Source: Leptospira biflexa (lineage in GTDB: Bacteria > Spirochaetota > Leptospiria > Turneriellales > DYLW01). From it: a DNA stretch of 64,000 bases. The position numbers were made by a program, and so were the translations under genes. Positions 10,901 to 19,042 of the stretch are shown in pieces. Under the pieces are notes generated by a model that was not told the origin of the DNA, did not search any database, and saw nothing but the letters and a program-made list of their open reading frames with translations. The stretch is taken from the NCBI GenBank assembly GCA_020720785.1, contig DYOA01000004.1, forward strand, positions 21,523-85,522. The letters are read 5' to 3'. Within the stretch, counting starts at the first letter, position 1; each line of letters opens with the position of its first letter.

Positions 10901-10927
10901 TCCGTAATGGAAGAATTCTATGGTTAA
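7916..10927 (+). CDS. cheA: chemotaxis histidine kinase CheA fused to a C-terminal receiver (two Hpt-like domains, HATPase, CheW-like, REC)
   Basis: The 1003-aa ORF has Hpt motif 'RAVHTIKGTSG' and a second degenerate Hpt 'GLHALNALKSS'. The kinase core has 'HLIRNSADHGIE' and 'DDGRGM', followed by a CheW-like domain. The terminal REC has 'ALVVDDS...LIISDLEMPVMDG'. Confidence 0.95.
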   Translation: MIDSDMISDFVEESRELLDSTEEFFLELEKNPDAEKINTLFRAVHTIKGTSGFLGLENIGKLSHTMENIMAKIRDGSMKPDAIIIDALLQGNDLLKDMIRNVSESDQKDISGIVRIMTDILENKKPASSSTQEKPEKKIPEENKTLQRDNQFPKEQSSMDVPEELLDEFIFEAGKYLTNLEEIIDNWDIHNAITQESLLSGLHALNALKSSAEFIGLGHISLIAEFGESLLQEINRENSLFIAYNNYLFMIKDKMQTYLDNINEADQEDARSFIQIIREAISGDSQGNIKKNEHKVASGDTVNKNENALKSEMEINDSIRIHLSIVDRLMRLAGELVLIRNQQLISFQNINSGSREIVQRLDGVTSEIQETIMKTRLQPIGNIVNKFPRFIRELNKKLEKKIEMEITGAEVELDRTIIESLAAPLTHLIRNSADHGIELPQERIRAGKRETGLISIFAYHEGGLIHIKITDDGRGMNLQKIKQKAIESGIVNENELAVWSENEIINLVMRPGFSTAEKVSDVSGRGVGMDVVKSSIERLNGSIEIKSMENVGSEILIKLPLTLAIIPSLIVISGDYRYAIPQVNLEELVTIGQNATSRVETTQDQEVFRLRDFLLPVVRLDELLGSPEPMNRETKMDILMKYALHREKETRNLAVLVAGNKKYGMIIDQVLGTEEIVVKPMHNALKHLKVYSGATILGDGKIALILDAEGIGNHYGVNYNVKMKEKEYINENSINESVLIFRYGEKEQFGLSLHLISRIKEISAHDIQKVGNDEYVHFDNKSNKIIRLDSYLPIDPIVATEYYYIILFKHINKPAGIIISELIDIRDIAIILDEVSYKKDGVLGTSIINDKITIFPDIYRVMELAEPEWFSQKEKKYLYADKKALVVDDSSIFRSMISKYLREEKFLVTTATDGKDALQKWKTGKFDLIISDLEMPVMDGFGWIAEVRNLKDGKDIPAIALSSLNKEDIIEKAKSAGFDRYEIKIEREHFIQTVYSVMEEFYG

Positions 10928-11411
10928 TGCGAAGAACCAGTATATCTCCTTCTGGATTGGTGGAAGATTCTTTGGATGCACTATTCTGGATGTAAAAGAA
11001 ATCAATTCAGAGTTTCACATTACTCCCATTTTTCATGCACCGGAAAGTATGCTGGGTTATGTTAATTTGCGAGGTCAGATTTGTCTGATCATAAATCTGA
11101 ATCCAGTTCTGGGAATTCGCGATGTTTCCATTGATGAGAAAAGAAAAGAAAATGGCAGGCTGATTATTTTCAAGGAATCCACGGGAGAATCCTTTGGCAT
11201 TTTTGTGGATAAAGTGGGGGATGTGCTTTCTGTGGAACCGGAAGATATTGAGGAATTTTCTGCTTTCCGACAGGATAGCAACGAAGAAAATCTGAAAAAC
11301 TCCAAAGTCATTGGCGGCATTACTAGGTTGAAAAATGATTTAATGGTTATTATCAACGCACGGGAAATAATTGAAGACGGGAGAGGAAATGAAAGCCATA
11401 ATAGTGGATGA
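10920..11411 (+). CDS. cheW: chemotaxis coupling protein CheW
   Basis: The 163-aa ORF has the typical CheW length and the pattern 'YISFWIGGRFFG...LGYVNLRGQI'. It overlaps cheA by 8 nt. Confidence 0.9.
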   Translation: MVNAKNQYISFWIGGRFFGCTILDVKEINSEFHITPIFHAPESMLGYVNLRGQICLIINLNPVLGIRDVSIDEKRKENGRLIIFKESTGESFGIFVDKVGDVLSVEPEDIEEFSAFRQDSNEENLKNSKVIGGITRLKNDLMVIINAREIIEDGRGNESHNSG

Positions 11412-12432
11412 TTCCATCATTTTTAGAAAGCAGATTCTGGAAATATTCTATTCCATAGCGGATATTGAAGTAATCCAGTCCTATTGGAACGGCAAAGGAC
11501 TGGTGGAATACCTAACAAGAGATGAGACAATTATCCCGGATCTGGTTACTCTGGATGTGGAGATGCCGGAAATGGACGGAATTGAGACCATGAAAGCAAT
11601 ATCCTCATTGCGGAAAATTAATCCTGCCTTGAAGAAAATGAAAGTACTAATGGTCAGCTCCATTACCAGAGATGGAGCCCAGGCTACCATTGCGGCCCTC
11701 CAGAACGGAGCATTTGATTTTATCCTCAAACCATCCAATGTACCGGACCCAAAGAAAGAACTCCGGATTTTACTGGAAGAAAAAATAAAATTAATGCGGG
11801 AAGAATCAACATCATCTTCCGAAATAAAAAAACGACAGAAAAATCCTGATAAATTAAGAAAACCGGAGGTGGTGGCCATTGGGGTGTCCACGGGGGGGCC
11901 CGCTGCATTAAAAAAACTTCTACCGGAATTATGTGAAAAAATGGATTTACCAGTTCTTGTGGTACAGCACATGCCACTGGAATTCACGGAATCTCTGGCT
12001 CAGAGTCTGGATAAATATACCCGGCATAACGTGTTGGTGGGCCAGCACGGCATGAAGATAGAAAAAAATCATGTATATATCGCTCCGGGCGGATCTCACA
12101 TGCTGGCCAGGAAAGGGACGAATTCCAAGAGTATTGTTATCAACGAAAATCCACCGGAAAACGGTTGCCGTCCTTCTGTGGATCCGTTATTCCGTTCCGT
12201 TGCCGAATCCTATGAGGGGAAATCGGTGGCTGTGGTGCTTACGGGTATGGGGTCGGATGGTTCCCGTTCCCTGGGGACACTTGCCCGGGCAGGTTCGGTT
12301 ATTATTGCACAGGACCAGGAAACCAGTGTGGTCTGGGGAATGCCCGGCAATGCAGTCTCCACAGGATTTGTGGACCGGGTACTTCCATTGGAAAAAATTT
12401 CCGAACAAATTATGGAATACATCAATGAATGA
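11389..12432 (+). CDS. cheB: chemotaxis response regulator protein-glutamate methylesterase CheB
   Basis: It has REC 'MKAIIVDDS...LDVEMPEMDG' plus esterase motifs 'GVSTGGPAAL' and 'GMGSDG'. The track ORF starts at a TTG at 11371. I prefer the ATG at 11389, which is preceded by GGGAGAGG. Confidence 0.9.
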   Translation: MKAIIVDDSIIFRKQILEIFYSIADIEVIQSYWNGKGLVEYLTRDETIIPDLVTLDVEMPEMDGIETMKAISSLRKINPALKKMKVLMVSSITRDGAQATIAALQNGAFDFILKPSNVPDPKKELRILLEEKIKLMREESTSSSEIKKRQKNPDKLRKPEVVAIGVSTGGPAALKKLLPELCEKMDLPVLVVQHMPLEFTESLAQSLDKYTRHNVLVGQHGMKIEKNHVYIAPGGSHMLARKGTNSKSIVINENPPENGCRPSVDPLFRSVAESYEGKSVAVVLTGMGSDGSRSLGTLARAGSVIIAQDQETSVVWGMPGNAVSTGFVDRVLPLEKISEQIMEYINE

Positions 12433-13249
12433 CCAAACAGTAACGGAATTGACTTTCTATCGTATCAGAGACCGAATCCATGAAATCAGCGGTATATTTC
12501 TGGGATATGAGAAAGAATATCTGTTGCGGCAGCGGTTATCCGGCATCATCCGGGATAAAAATCTGGAAAATTTTGAAGCCCTTGCCGATTACCTGGAAAA
12601 AAATAATCCAAACGGATGGAAAAACGATGTTATTTCCGCTATCACCGTGAATGAAACGTCCTTTTTCCGGGATTCCCATCCGTTTATGAACCTGCAAAAA
12701 CTTGTACAGAATGAATTCCCGGGCAGGGCATTGCGTATATTGAGCATTGGATGTGCCAATGGACAGGAGCCGGTGAGCATATCCATCGCATTGCAGGAAT
12801 GCAATACCAATTGCGGGATTTCCTATCGCATTTATGGAGTGGATATTGATATAAAAGTCATCGAAGCTGCACGGAAAAACATATACAGGAAGGAAGAAAT
12901 TCTCCGGGGAGTACCACCTTCTTTCCGGGAAAAATATTTTGTGCAGAATCCGGGGGGAGATTATTCCGCATCCGATGGAATTTTCTATTGGATACAGTAT
13001 CATACGGAAAATATCGTCCATGGATTGGAACATTCCATTGAGAAAGAATATGATATTGTTTTTCTGCGGAATGTATTGATTTACTTTAAACCGGAGACCA
13101 GGGAAAGAGTATTGCAGTATGTGCATTCTATAATGGCTAAAGGCTCTTTTCTGATACTGGGAGCTTCAGAAAATATATTTGGGTATAATCATTTGTTCGC
13201 CAGCGTAATTTACGATAAAAGCATTTTTTACAGGAAATTATATGAGTAA
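12425..13249 (+). CDS. cheR: chemotaxis protein methyltransferase CheR
   Basis: The sequence 'ETSFFRDSHPF', 'LSIGCANGQEP' and 'FLRNVLIYF' matches CheR. The track ORF (from 12071) reads 118 out-of-frame codons through cheB. The plausible start is the ATG at 12425 within ATGAATGA, which overlaps the cheB stop. Confidence 0.9.
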   Translation: MNDQTVTELTFYRIRDRIHEISGIFLGYEKEYLLRQRLSGIIRDKNLENFEALADYLEKNNPNGWKNDVISAITVNETSFFRDSHPFMNLQKLVQNEFPGRALRILSIGCANGQEPVSISIALQECNTNCGISYRIYGVDIDIKVIEAARKNIYRKEEILRGVPPSFREKYFVQNPGGDYSASDGIFYWIQYHTENIVHGLEHSIEKEYDIVFLRNVLIYFKPETRERVLQYVHSIMAKGSFLILGASENIFGYNHLFASVIYDKSIFYRKLYE

Positions 13250-15185
13250 AGTTCATTTTATCAGTCAGGAAGCTCTGTTTTCCAAAATGATATCGGTCTA
13301 TTTTTCCAGACGAGGCCTGGAATTTTCCAGTTCCCCATCCATCGATTCTTCCATGCCCGCCAGCGATTACCTGATGATTGACCTTCCGTATACCGAACCG
13401 GATCCGGGCGTAAAAAGTGAGCTACGCCGGATGAAGGAGAAGGGAATGGTAATCCTGTTTCTGGAGGATAAATACTCGCCGGAAAAAAGCCAGTTTTTTG
13501 CGGAATGCGGTGTTGTCAAAGAAAGAGATTTAAAGGTTCTTGATGATATTATCCTTATGATACAGGAAAATTCCACCCAACCCGCCCCTGCCGAACAGGA
13601 ACCGATGACCGAACCCGGTCCCGTGGAAAATGTGTCCCCATCTCCGGAAATAGTTTCTCCGCCGGAAACGGAGGAAAATCCGGAGCAGGATTCTCTCTCT
13701 CTCCAGGAAACCGATACCCCCCCAGCTTCTTTCTCCAGCCTGGGGATGGAGGCATCGGAAAATGTGGATATAAAAATCCTTATTGCCGATGATGCCAATG
13801 CAATACGCAACTTTGTGAAAAAAATTCTGGTTGCACACGGCTATGAAGTGGAAGCCTTTGAAAATGGACGGTTGCTGGTGGATTATATAGAGAACCATGG
13901 GCGGGGGGACTTGATTCTTCTGGATAACCAGATGCCAGTCATGGACGGAATAGAGACATTAAAATACTTAAAGAATAATAGAGAATTCCGGGAAATTCCC
14001 GTCCTTTTTCTTTCTGCCATTAAAGAGAAAGAAACCGTCGTTAAAGCCTTGGAAATGGGAGCAGATGACTACATGGAAAAACCGTTTCATAATAATGAAT
14101 TTTTGGCCCGCATCAAAGTACACGTCCGCATTGAGACATTGAAACGAAGCATTCTGGAAAAAAACCGCCTGATTGAATTGGAGAAAGAAAAAGCTGATAA
14201 ACTTCTGTTGAATACCCTGCCCAAAAAAATCGTGGAAGATTTAAAAAGGGAAGGGCGTACCTATCCGGAAACCTTTGATAACGTAACGGTCTATTTTTCC
14301 GATATAGCCGGCTTCACTGTCCAGTCCTCACGCCTTGAGCCTGCTTATCTTATCAATGAACTGAATGATATTTTTACCAATTTTGATAACATAATGGAGA
14401 AAAATTCCTGCGAACGGATAAAAACCATCGGAGATGCATATATGGCCGTCTGCGGTATGCCCATCCCCAACCAAAATCATGCGGAAAATATGCTCACTTC
14501 CTCCATTGAAATTATTGATTATTTGGAAAAGCGCAATCTGACTTCACAGGTCCAGTGGAAAATCCGGATTGGTATTCACACAGGAAGAGTGACTGGCGGG
14601 GTGGTGGGCATTAAAAAATATATTTACGATGTTTTTGGGGATACCATCAATACGGCATCCCGGATGGAATCCAATTCCGAACCCATGAGGATTAATATAT
14701 CCCCCACAACCTATGAACTTCTGAAAGATACGTTCCCTTTCATGGAAAGAGAAGCCAGAGAAGTAAAGGGCAAGGGTCTTATGAAAATGTATTTTTACGG
14801 GGAGCAACCGGATATGGAGATGACACTTATACGGGAAACCCCGGCAGAAACAACGCCGAAAGAAATCATTCCATCCAGCGGTCGTATCCGGGAGCCGGAA
14901 ATTATTCCTCCGATAAAGGCCATTTTATCGGAAGAAGATTATGGGATTTTATTCGCATATTATAAATCCAAAGAATTGGATAAAGCAATCGAAATTATAG
15001 AAGCCCATCCAGCAGAAGCTCAGGAGATGAAGACGCTGAAATTGTATGGCTGGATCTATTACGCATTAAAAGAATATTCTCTGGCTGCGGCAATCTGGGA
15101 AAGAGCTCTGGAAATAAATCCGGAGCAGCCAAAGCTGAAAAAAAACCTGGATACCCTGAAAGAATTTCTCCGGAAAATCGGATGA
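13242..15185 (+). CDS. pseudo-receiver / receiver / class III adenylate cyclase / TPR fusion protein
   Basis: The 647-aa ORF has REC 'ILIADDA...LILLDNQMPVMDG...DYMEKPF'. The cyclase core has 'VYFSDIAGFT', 'ERIKTIGDAYM' and 'YDVFGDTINTASRME'. A TPR-like C-terminus follows. It overlaps cheR by 8 nt. Confidence 0.9.
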   Translation: MSKVHFISQEALFSKMISVYFSRRGLEFSSSPSIDSSMPASDYLMIDLPYTEPDPGVKSELRRMKEKGMVILFLEDKYSPEKSQFFAECGVVKERDLKVLDDIILMIQENSTQPAPAEQEPMTEPGPVENVSPSPEIVSPPETEENPEQDSLSLQETDTPPASFSSLGMEASENVDIKILIADDANAIRNFVKKILVAHGYEVEAFENGRLLVDYIENHGRGDLILLDNQMPVMDGIETLKYLKNNREFREIPVLFLSAIKEKETVVKALEMGADDYMEKPFHNNEFLARIKVHVRIETLKRSILEKNRLIELEKEKADKLLLNTLPKKIVEDLKREGRTYPETFDNVTVYFSDIAGFTVQSSRLEPAYLINELNDIFTNFDNIMEKNSCERIKTIGDAYMAVCGMPIPNQNHAENMLTSSIEIIDYLEKRNLTSQVQWKIRIGIHTGRVTGGVVGIKKYIYDVFGDTINTASRMESNSEPMRINISPTTYELLKDTFPFMEREAREVKGKGLMKMYFYGEQPDMEMTLIRETPAETTPKEIIPSSGRIREPEIIPPIKAILSEEDYGILFAYYKSKELDKAIEIIEAHPAEAQEMKTLKLYGWIYYALKEYSLAAAIWERALEINPEQPKLKKNLDTLKEFLRKIG

Positions 15186-15210
15186 TCTTTCATTAATATT
15201 TTTTGACAGC

Positions 15211-15239
15211 TTGACAAACCAAAAAAATCTGGTTAGGGT
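15211..15239 (+). promoter_or_regulatory. sigma-70-like promoter candidate for argG (TTGACA-N17-TAGGGT)
   Basis: TTGACA at 15211-15216 (a second copy lies at 15203-15208) is followed by a 17-nt spacer and TAGGGT at 15234-15239. The argG ATG lies 7 nt further on, so the transcript would have a very short leader or none. Confidence 0.3.
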
Positions 15240-15246
15240 AACCATT

Positions 15247-16464
15247 ATGAAAAATGTTAAAAAAATTGTTTTATCATACTCCGGCGGTCTGGACACATCT
15301 GTCATACTACACTGGCTTAAAAAAGAATATCAGGCGGAGGTGATAGCTTTCTGTGCAGACATTGGCCAGAAGGAAGAGATGGATGGACTGGAAGAAAAAG
15401 CCCTGAAAACCGGTGCATCCAAACTGTATCTTCTGGACCTGAAAGAAGAATTTGCACGGGATTATGTATATCCCATCATCCGTGCATCCGCTGTATATGA
15501 AATGCGGTATTTACTGGGAACTTCCATCGCCCGTCCTTTGATTGCCCAGAAGCAGATTGAGATTGTCCAGAAAGAAGGGGCAGACGCTGTTTCCCACGGG
15601 GCCACCGGGAAAGGAAATGACCAGGTACGGTTTGAATTTACCTTCCATGCTCTTATGCCGGGTATCCATGTTATAGTGCCCTGGCGCACGTGGAATTTCA
15701 CCGGGAGAGAAGATTTGATTGCGTATGCCCACAAGGAAAACATACCGGTAAAGGCATCCGTGCAAAAACCGTATTCCATTGACCAGAATTTACTGCACAC
15801 ATCCTATGAGGGCGGCATTCTGGAGGATCCCTATCTGGAACCGGATGAATCCATGTTTCTCACCACAAAATCATTGAAAGAAGCAAAAAGTGAACCGGAA
15901 TACATAGAAATAGAATTTGAAAGAGGAAACGCCGTAAAATTGAACGGCCAGAGTAAAAGCCCTGCGGACATGATCTTAACTTTGAATAAAATTGGGGGGG
16001 AACATGGTATTGGCCGGGTGGATATTGTGGAAAACCGTCTGGTGGGTATCAAATCCAGAGGCGTGTATGAAACTCCCGGAGGAACCATCCTGCATATTGC
16101 CCACAGGGATCTGGAAGCCATTACCTTGGAAAAAAATCTACAGCATTTAAAAGATGAAATTTCCATGCGATATGCCCGCCTGGTTTACAACGGCGAATGG
16201 TTCAGCCCGGAAAGAGAGGCTCTCCAGAAATTTGTGGATGATACCCAGAGAACCGTTAATGGAACAGTGAGAATCCAGTTGTTCAAGGGAAACGCAAGAG
16301 TGGTGGGAAGAAAATCTCCCAATTCGTTGTACCTTACCAAGCTGGCCTCGTTTGAAGATGACGTAAATGAGAAAATTTATGACCAGTCAGATGCAGAGGG
16401 GTTTATCCGTCTGTTCAGTTTGCCTGTGAAATACGGATATACCCAGTACAAAAAATTTCAATAA
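15247..16464 (+). CDS. argG: argininosuccinate synthase
   Basis: The ORF has 'KIVLSYSGGLDTSV' and 'GATGKGNDQVRFE'. The track ORF begins at a TTG at 15211. The ATG at 15247 gives the canonical N-terminus. Confidence 0.93.
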   Translation: MKNVKKIVLSYSGGLDTSVILHWLKKEYQAEVIAFCADIGQKEEMDGLEEKALKTGASKLYLLDLKEEFARDYVYPIIRASAVYEMRYLLGTSIARPLIAQKQIEIVQKEGADAVSHGATGKGNDQVRFEFTFHALMPGIHVIVPWRTWNFTGREDLIAYAHKENIPVKASVQKPYSIDQNLLHTSYEGGILEDPYLEPDESMFLTTKSLKEAKSEPEYIEIEFERGNAVKLNGQSKSPADMILTLNKIGGEHGIGRVDIVENRLVGIKSRGVYETPGGTILHIAHRDLEAITLEKNLQHLKDEISMRYARLVYNGEWFSPEREALQKFVDDTQRTVNGTVRIQLFKGNARVVGRKSPNSLYLTKLASFEDDVNEKIYDQSDAEGFIRLFSLPVKYGYTQYKKFQ

Positions 16465-16465
16465 A

Positions 16466-16942
16466 ATGGCCTTAAAAAACCAGGAATTCCTGTCTCCCAT
16501 GGGATGGTACCGGATCGAGTACCCGCCCACCTGGGAGGTGGAAGTCATTGAGGGAATCCCCTCCTTTTTCGATGGGCTTTTTTCCAAGGGCGGGGTTTTT
16601 CAGATATTTGCTGTCCGCATTCCGGAGATAGGGAAAGCCAATCCGGAAATATTAAAAAAAGCTCCTTATCTGAATGGGGAAAATGTTGTGGAAAAAATGG
16701 AAGCATTTCTGGAACACCAAGGATCGGGAGCATATGTGGAATCCATCCAGAGTTACACAAAGGATAATTCTCTGGTGTCCGTTTGTGAATGGAAAAAAGA
16801 GGATACTTTTTATTTTGGTTCCATGATGGAAAGCTACCAGAAATTTATTCTTGCTCTATATAACTCCCCTTATGTCCCGGATGCGGAAGAAGCAGGGATC
16901 ATTGGTGGGATGGTTCGTTCGCTGGAAATTTATCCGGATTAA
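16466..16942 (+). CDS. hypothetical protein
   Basis: The 158-aa ORF starts 1 nt after the argG stop. It has ordinary protein-like composition and no recognisable motif. Confidence 0.55.
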   Translation: MALKNQEFLSPMGWYRIEYPPTWEVEVIEGIPSFFDGLFSKGGVFQIFAVRIPEIGKANPEILKKAPYLNGENVVEKMEAFLEHQGSGAYVESIQSYTKDNSLVSVCEWKKEDTFYFGSMMESYQKFILALYNSPYVPDAEEAGIIGGMVRSLEIYPD

Positions 16943-16945
16943 ACC

Positions 16946-18919
16946 CTATTGTTCAAACTGCATACTGTATAATTTTTTATATTTACCGGATTTTTTGAGA
17001 AGCTGATCATGAGTGCCCGTCTCAATGATCCGGCCATCGTCCAGAACCAGTATTTTATCTGAGCTGAAAATGGTGGAAAGCCGGTGGGCAATCACAAAAG
17101 TGGTGCGGTCTCTCATCAGAGTTTCCAGTGCTTTCTGCACCAAACGTTCCGATTGAGTATCCAGTGCGGAGGTGGCTTCGTCCAGAATCAGGATTTCCGG
17201 ATTTTTCAGAAGGGCACGGGCTATGGATAGTCGCTGTCTCTGTCCTCCGGATAGCATAAGCCCACGCTCACCAATGTAAGTATCATATTGGTCCGGGAGT
17301 TTGTCAATGAATTCATCGGCAAAAGCCATGTTCGCAGCCTCCTTCACTTTATCAAAAGGTATAGATTTATTCCCATAAGCAATATTATCCCTGATGGTCC
17401 CATTAAAGAGAAAAATATCCTGTGTTACCACGCCAATTTTTGAACGCAGATTTTCTATGCTCAGATTTTTGATATTAACCCCATCAATAACAATTTCCCC
17501 TTCCTGCGGATCGTAGAATCTTGGAATCAGATCCACCAAGGTGGACTTACCGGCACCGGAATGCCCCACAAGGGCAAATGTCTTCCCAATGGGCAAAGTG
17601 AAATCTATATTTTTAAGGACATATTCTTCTGTCTCCGGATACCGGAAACTGACATTTCTGAAGTCTATTTTTTCTGTGAGCTTACCCAGTAAAACCGGAT
17701 TTTTTGCATGTTCAATCTCTTCTTTTCTGTCAATGATTTCAAAGATCCGGTCTCCGGCGGAACTAGCACGATTGACCACATTTACCCAGCTTGCCATCTG
17801 TTTAATGGGACTCATAAGAATAATCAGAGTGAATAAAAACGTAAAAAAACTTCCCATACTGAATTCCCCTTCCATGATCCGGAATCCTCCATAGACCAGA
17901 AGGATGACAATAATCAGAGAGGTGGCCAGTTCCACAATAGAGGGTCCAATTACATGGTTCAGACGGTATCGGAAATTTTCCCGGTAAAGGCTGTTATTGA
18001 TTTGCCGGAACTGTTCCTTTTCATAGGGTTCCATCCCAAATGCCCGGATGACCCGGATTCCAGAAATTACTTCCTGCAGATGGCCATTGAGATCCGCTAA
18101 CCGGCTTTGTTCATTGGTGGTGATGGACTTGATTTTCTTGGAGAAATAATTTACCGGCCAGAGCAGGACCGGCACCCCAATGAAAACCATAAGCAGAAGC
18201 TTGTAACTGATCAGAGCCAATATCCCCACATGGGTTACGATAATAAAAAAGTTATTAATGGAAATCTGGAGTTCATGGGAAATGGAATCAGAGACAATGG
18301 TCACATCATTGATAATACGGCTCATCAGAATTCCGGTTTTTTCCCTGACAAAGTGAGAAATGGGCAGATGGATCATTTTTAGATATAAATCATCTCTTAA
18401 ATCACGAACAGCCATCAGGCCTGTGGATGTGATATAATAGACAGTACCCAATATGGATAATAAACGTAAAAAATATATGGGGATGATACCAATCCCAATA
18501 TAAACCAGCAAATGGACCGGTTTGATGCCTCCGGCAAGGTCATTAATCCATAATTTTAAATAAGAGTATATTCGGAACACCCGGGATTCCAGTGTGTTTT
18601 TCCTCTGCACCGGTTTATCCTTCCATTCTTCCCTGATCTTCTGGAAATCATTTTTCAATTCCCCATTGGCGGGGTTTTTGTTTATCACAGACTCGATGAT
18701 TTCTGTCTGTTCCGCCTCCACAAGGGCTTGGATATTCTCTTTTTCTATACGCAATTGGAAGGGTTTATCTTTGGATTCCGCCAGCACTTCAAAAATAGGT
18801 TTTAACGCTGTGAGGCTGATTCCATTAAAGATGGACGCGGAAAACGAAAAAAATAAACCCAGAATAAACCTTTTTTTATATTTAGTGGCATATTGCAAAA
18901 TTCTTCTGAATGAACTCAT
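16946..18919 (-). CDS. ABC transporter permease/ATPase, MsbA-like lipid exporter family
   Basis: It has Walker A 'GHSGAGKST', signature 'LSGGQRQR' and Walker B 'ILILDEATSALD', with an N-terminal 6-TM exporter domain. The track ORF starts at a GTG at 18955. The ATG at 18919 ('MSSFRRILQY') is preceded by AAGGAA. Confidence 0.87.
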   Translation of the reverse strand: MSSFRRILQYATKYKKRFILGLFFSFSASIFNGISLTALKPIFEVLAESKDKPFQLRIEKENIQALVEAEQTEIIESVINKNPANGELKNDFQKIREEWKDKPVQRKNTLESRVFRIYSYLKLWINDLAGGIKPVHLLVYIGIGIIPIYFLRLLSILGTVYYITSTGLMAVRDLRDDLYLKMIHLPISHFVREKTGILMSRIINDVTIVSDSISHELQISINNFFIIVTHVGILALISYKLLLMVFIGVPVLLWPVNYFSKKIKSITTNEQSRLADLNGHLQEVISGIRVIRAFGMEPYEKEQFRQINNSLYRENFRYRLNHVIGPSIVELATSLIIVILLVYGGFRIMEGEFSMGSFFTFLFTLIILMSPIKQMASWVNVVNRASSAGDRIFEIIDRKEEIEHAKNPVLLGKLTEKIDFRNVSFRYPETEEYVLKNIDFTLPIGKTFALVGHSGAGKSTLVDLIPRFYDPQEGEIVIDGVNIKNLSIENLRSKIGVVTQDIFLFNGTIRDNIAYGNKSIPFDKVKEAANMAFADEFIDKLPDQYDTYIGERGLMLSGGQRQRLSIARALLKNPEILILDEATSALDTQSERLVQKALETLMRDRTTFVIAHRLSTIFSSDKILVLDDGRIIETGTHDQLLKKSGKYKKLYSMQFEQ

Positions 18920-19042
18920 GGTATTCCTTTGAGTGGCAGGATGCGTATTCAGCACAGGATGAAAAGGGTTATTTCTGTTATCGTTTTTACAGAGAAGATT
19001 GAATAAAATGTTTACATTTCCATTTTTGTTTTAAAATAGATC

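Noticed and set aside
12071-12424. A 118-codon 5' extension of the cheR ORF (track ORF 12071..13249).
   Set aside because: The extension is an alternative-frame reading through the well-supported cheB coding sequence. It is Trp/Arg/Pro-rich and not protein-like. The CheR homology begins at the ATG at 12425, which overlaps the cheB stop (ATGAATGA).
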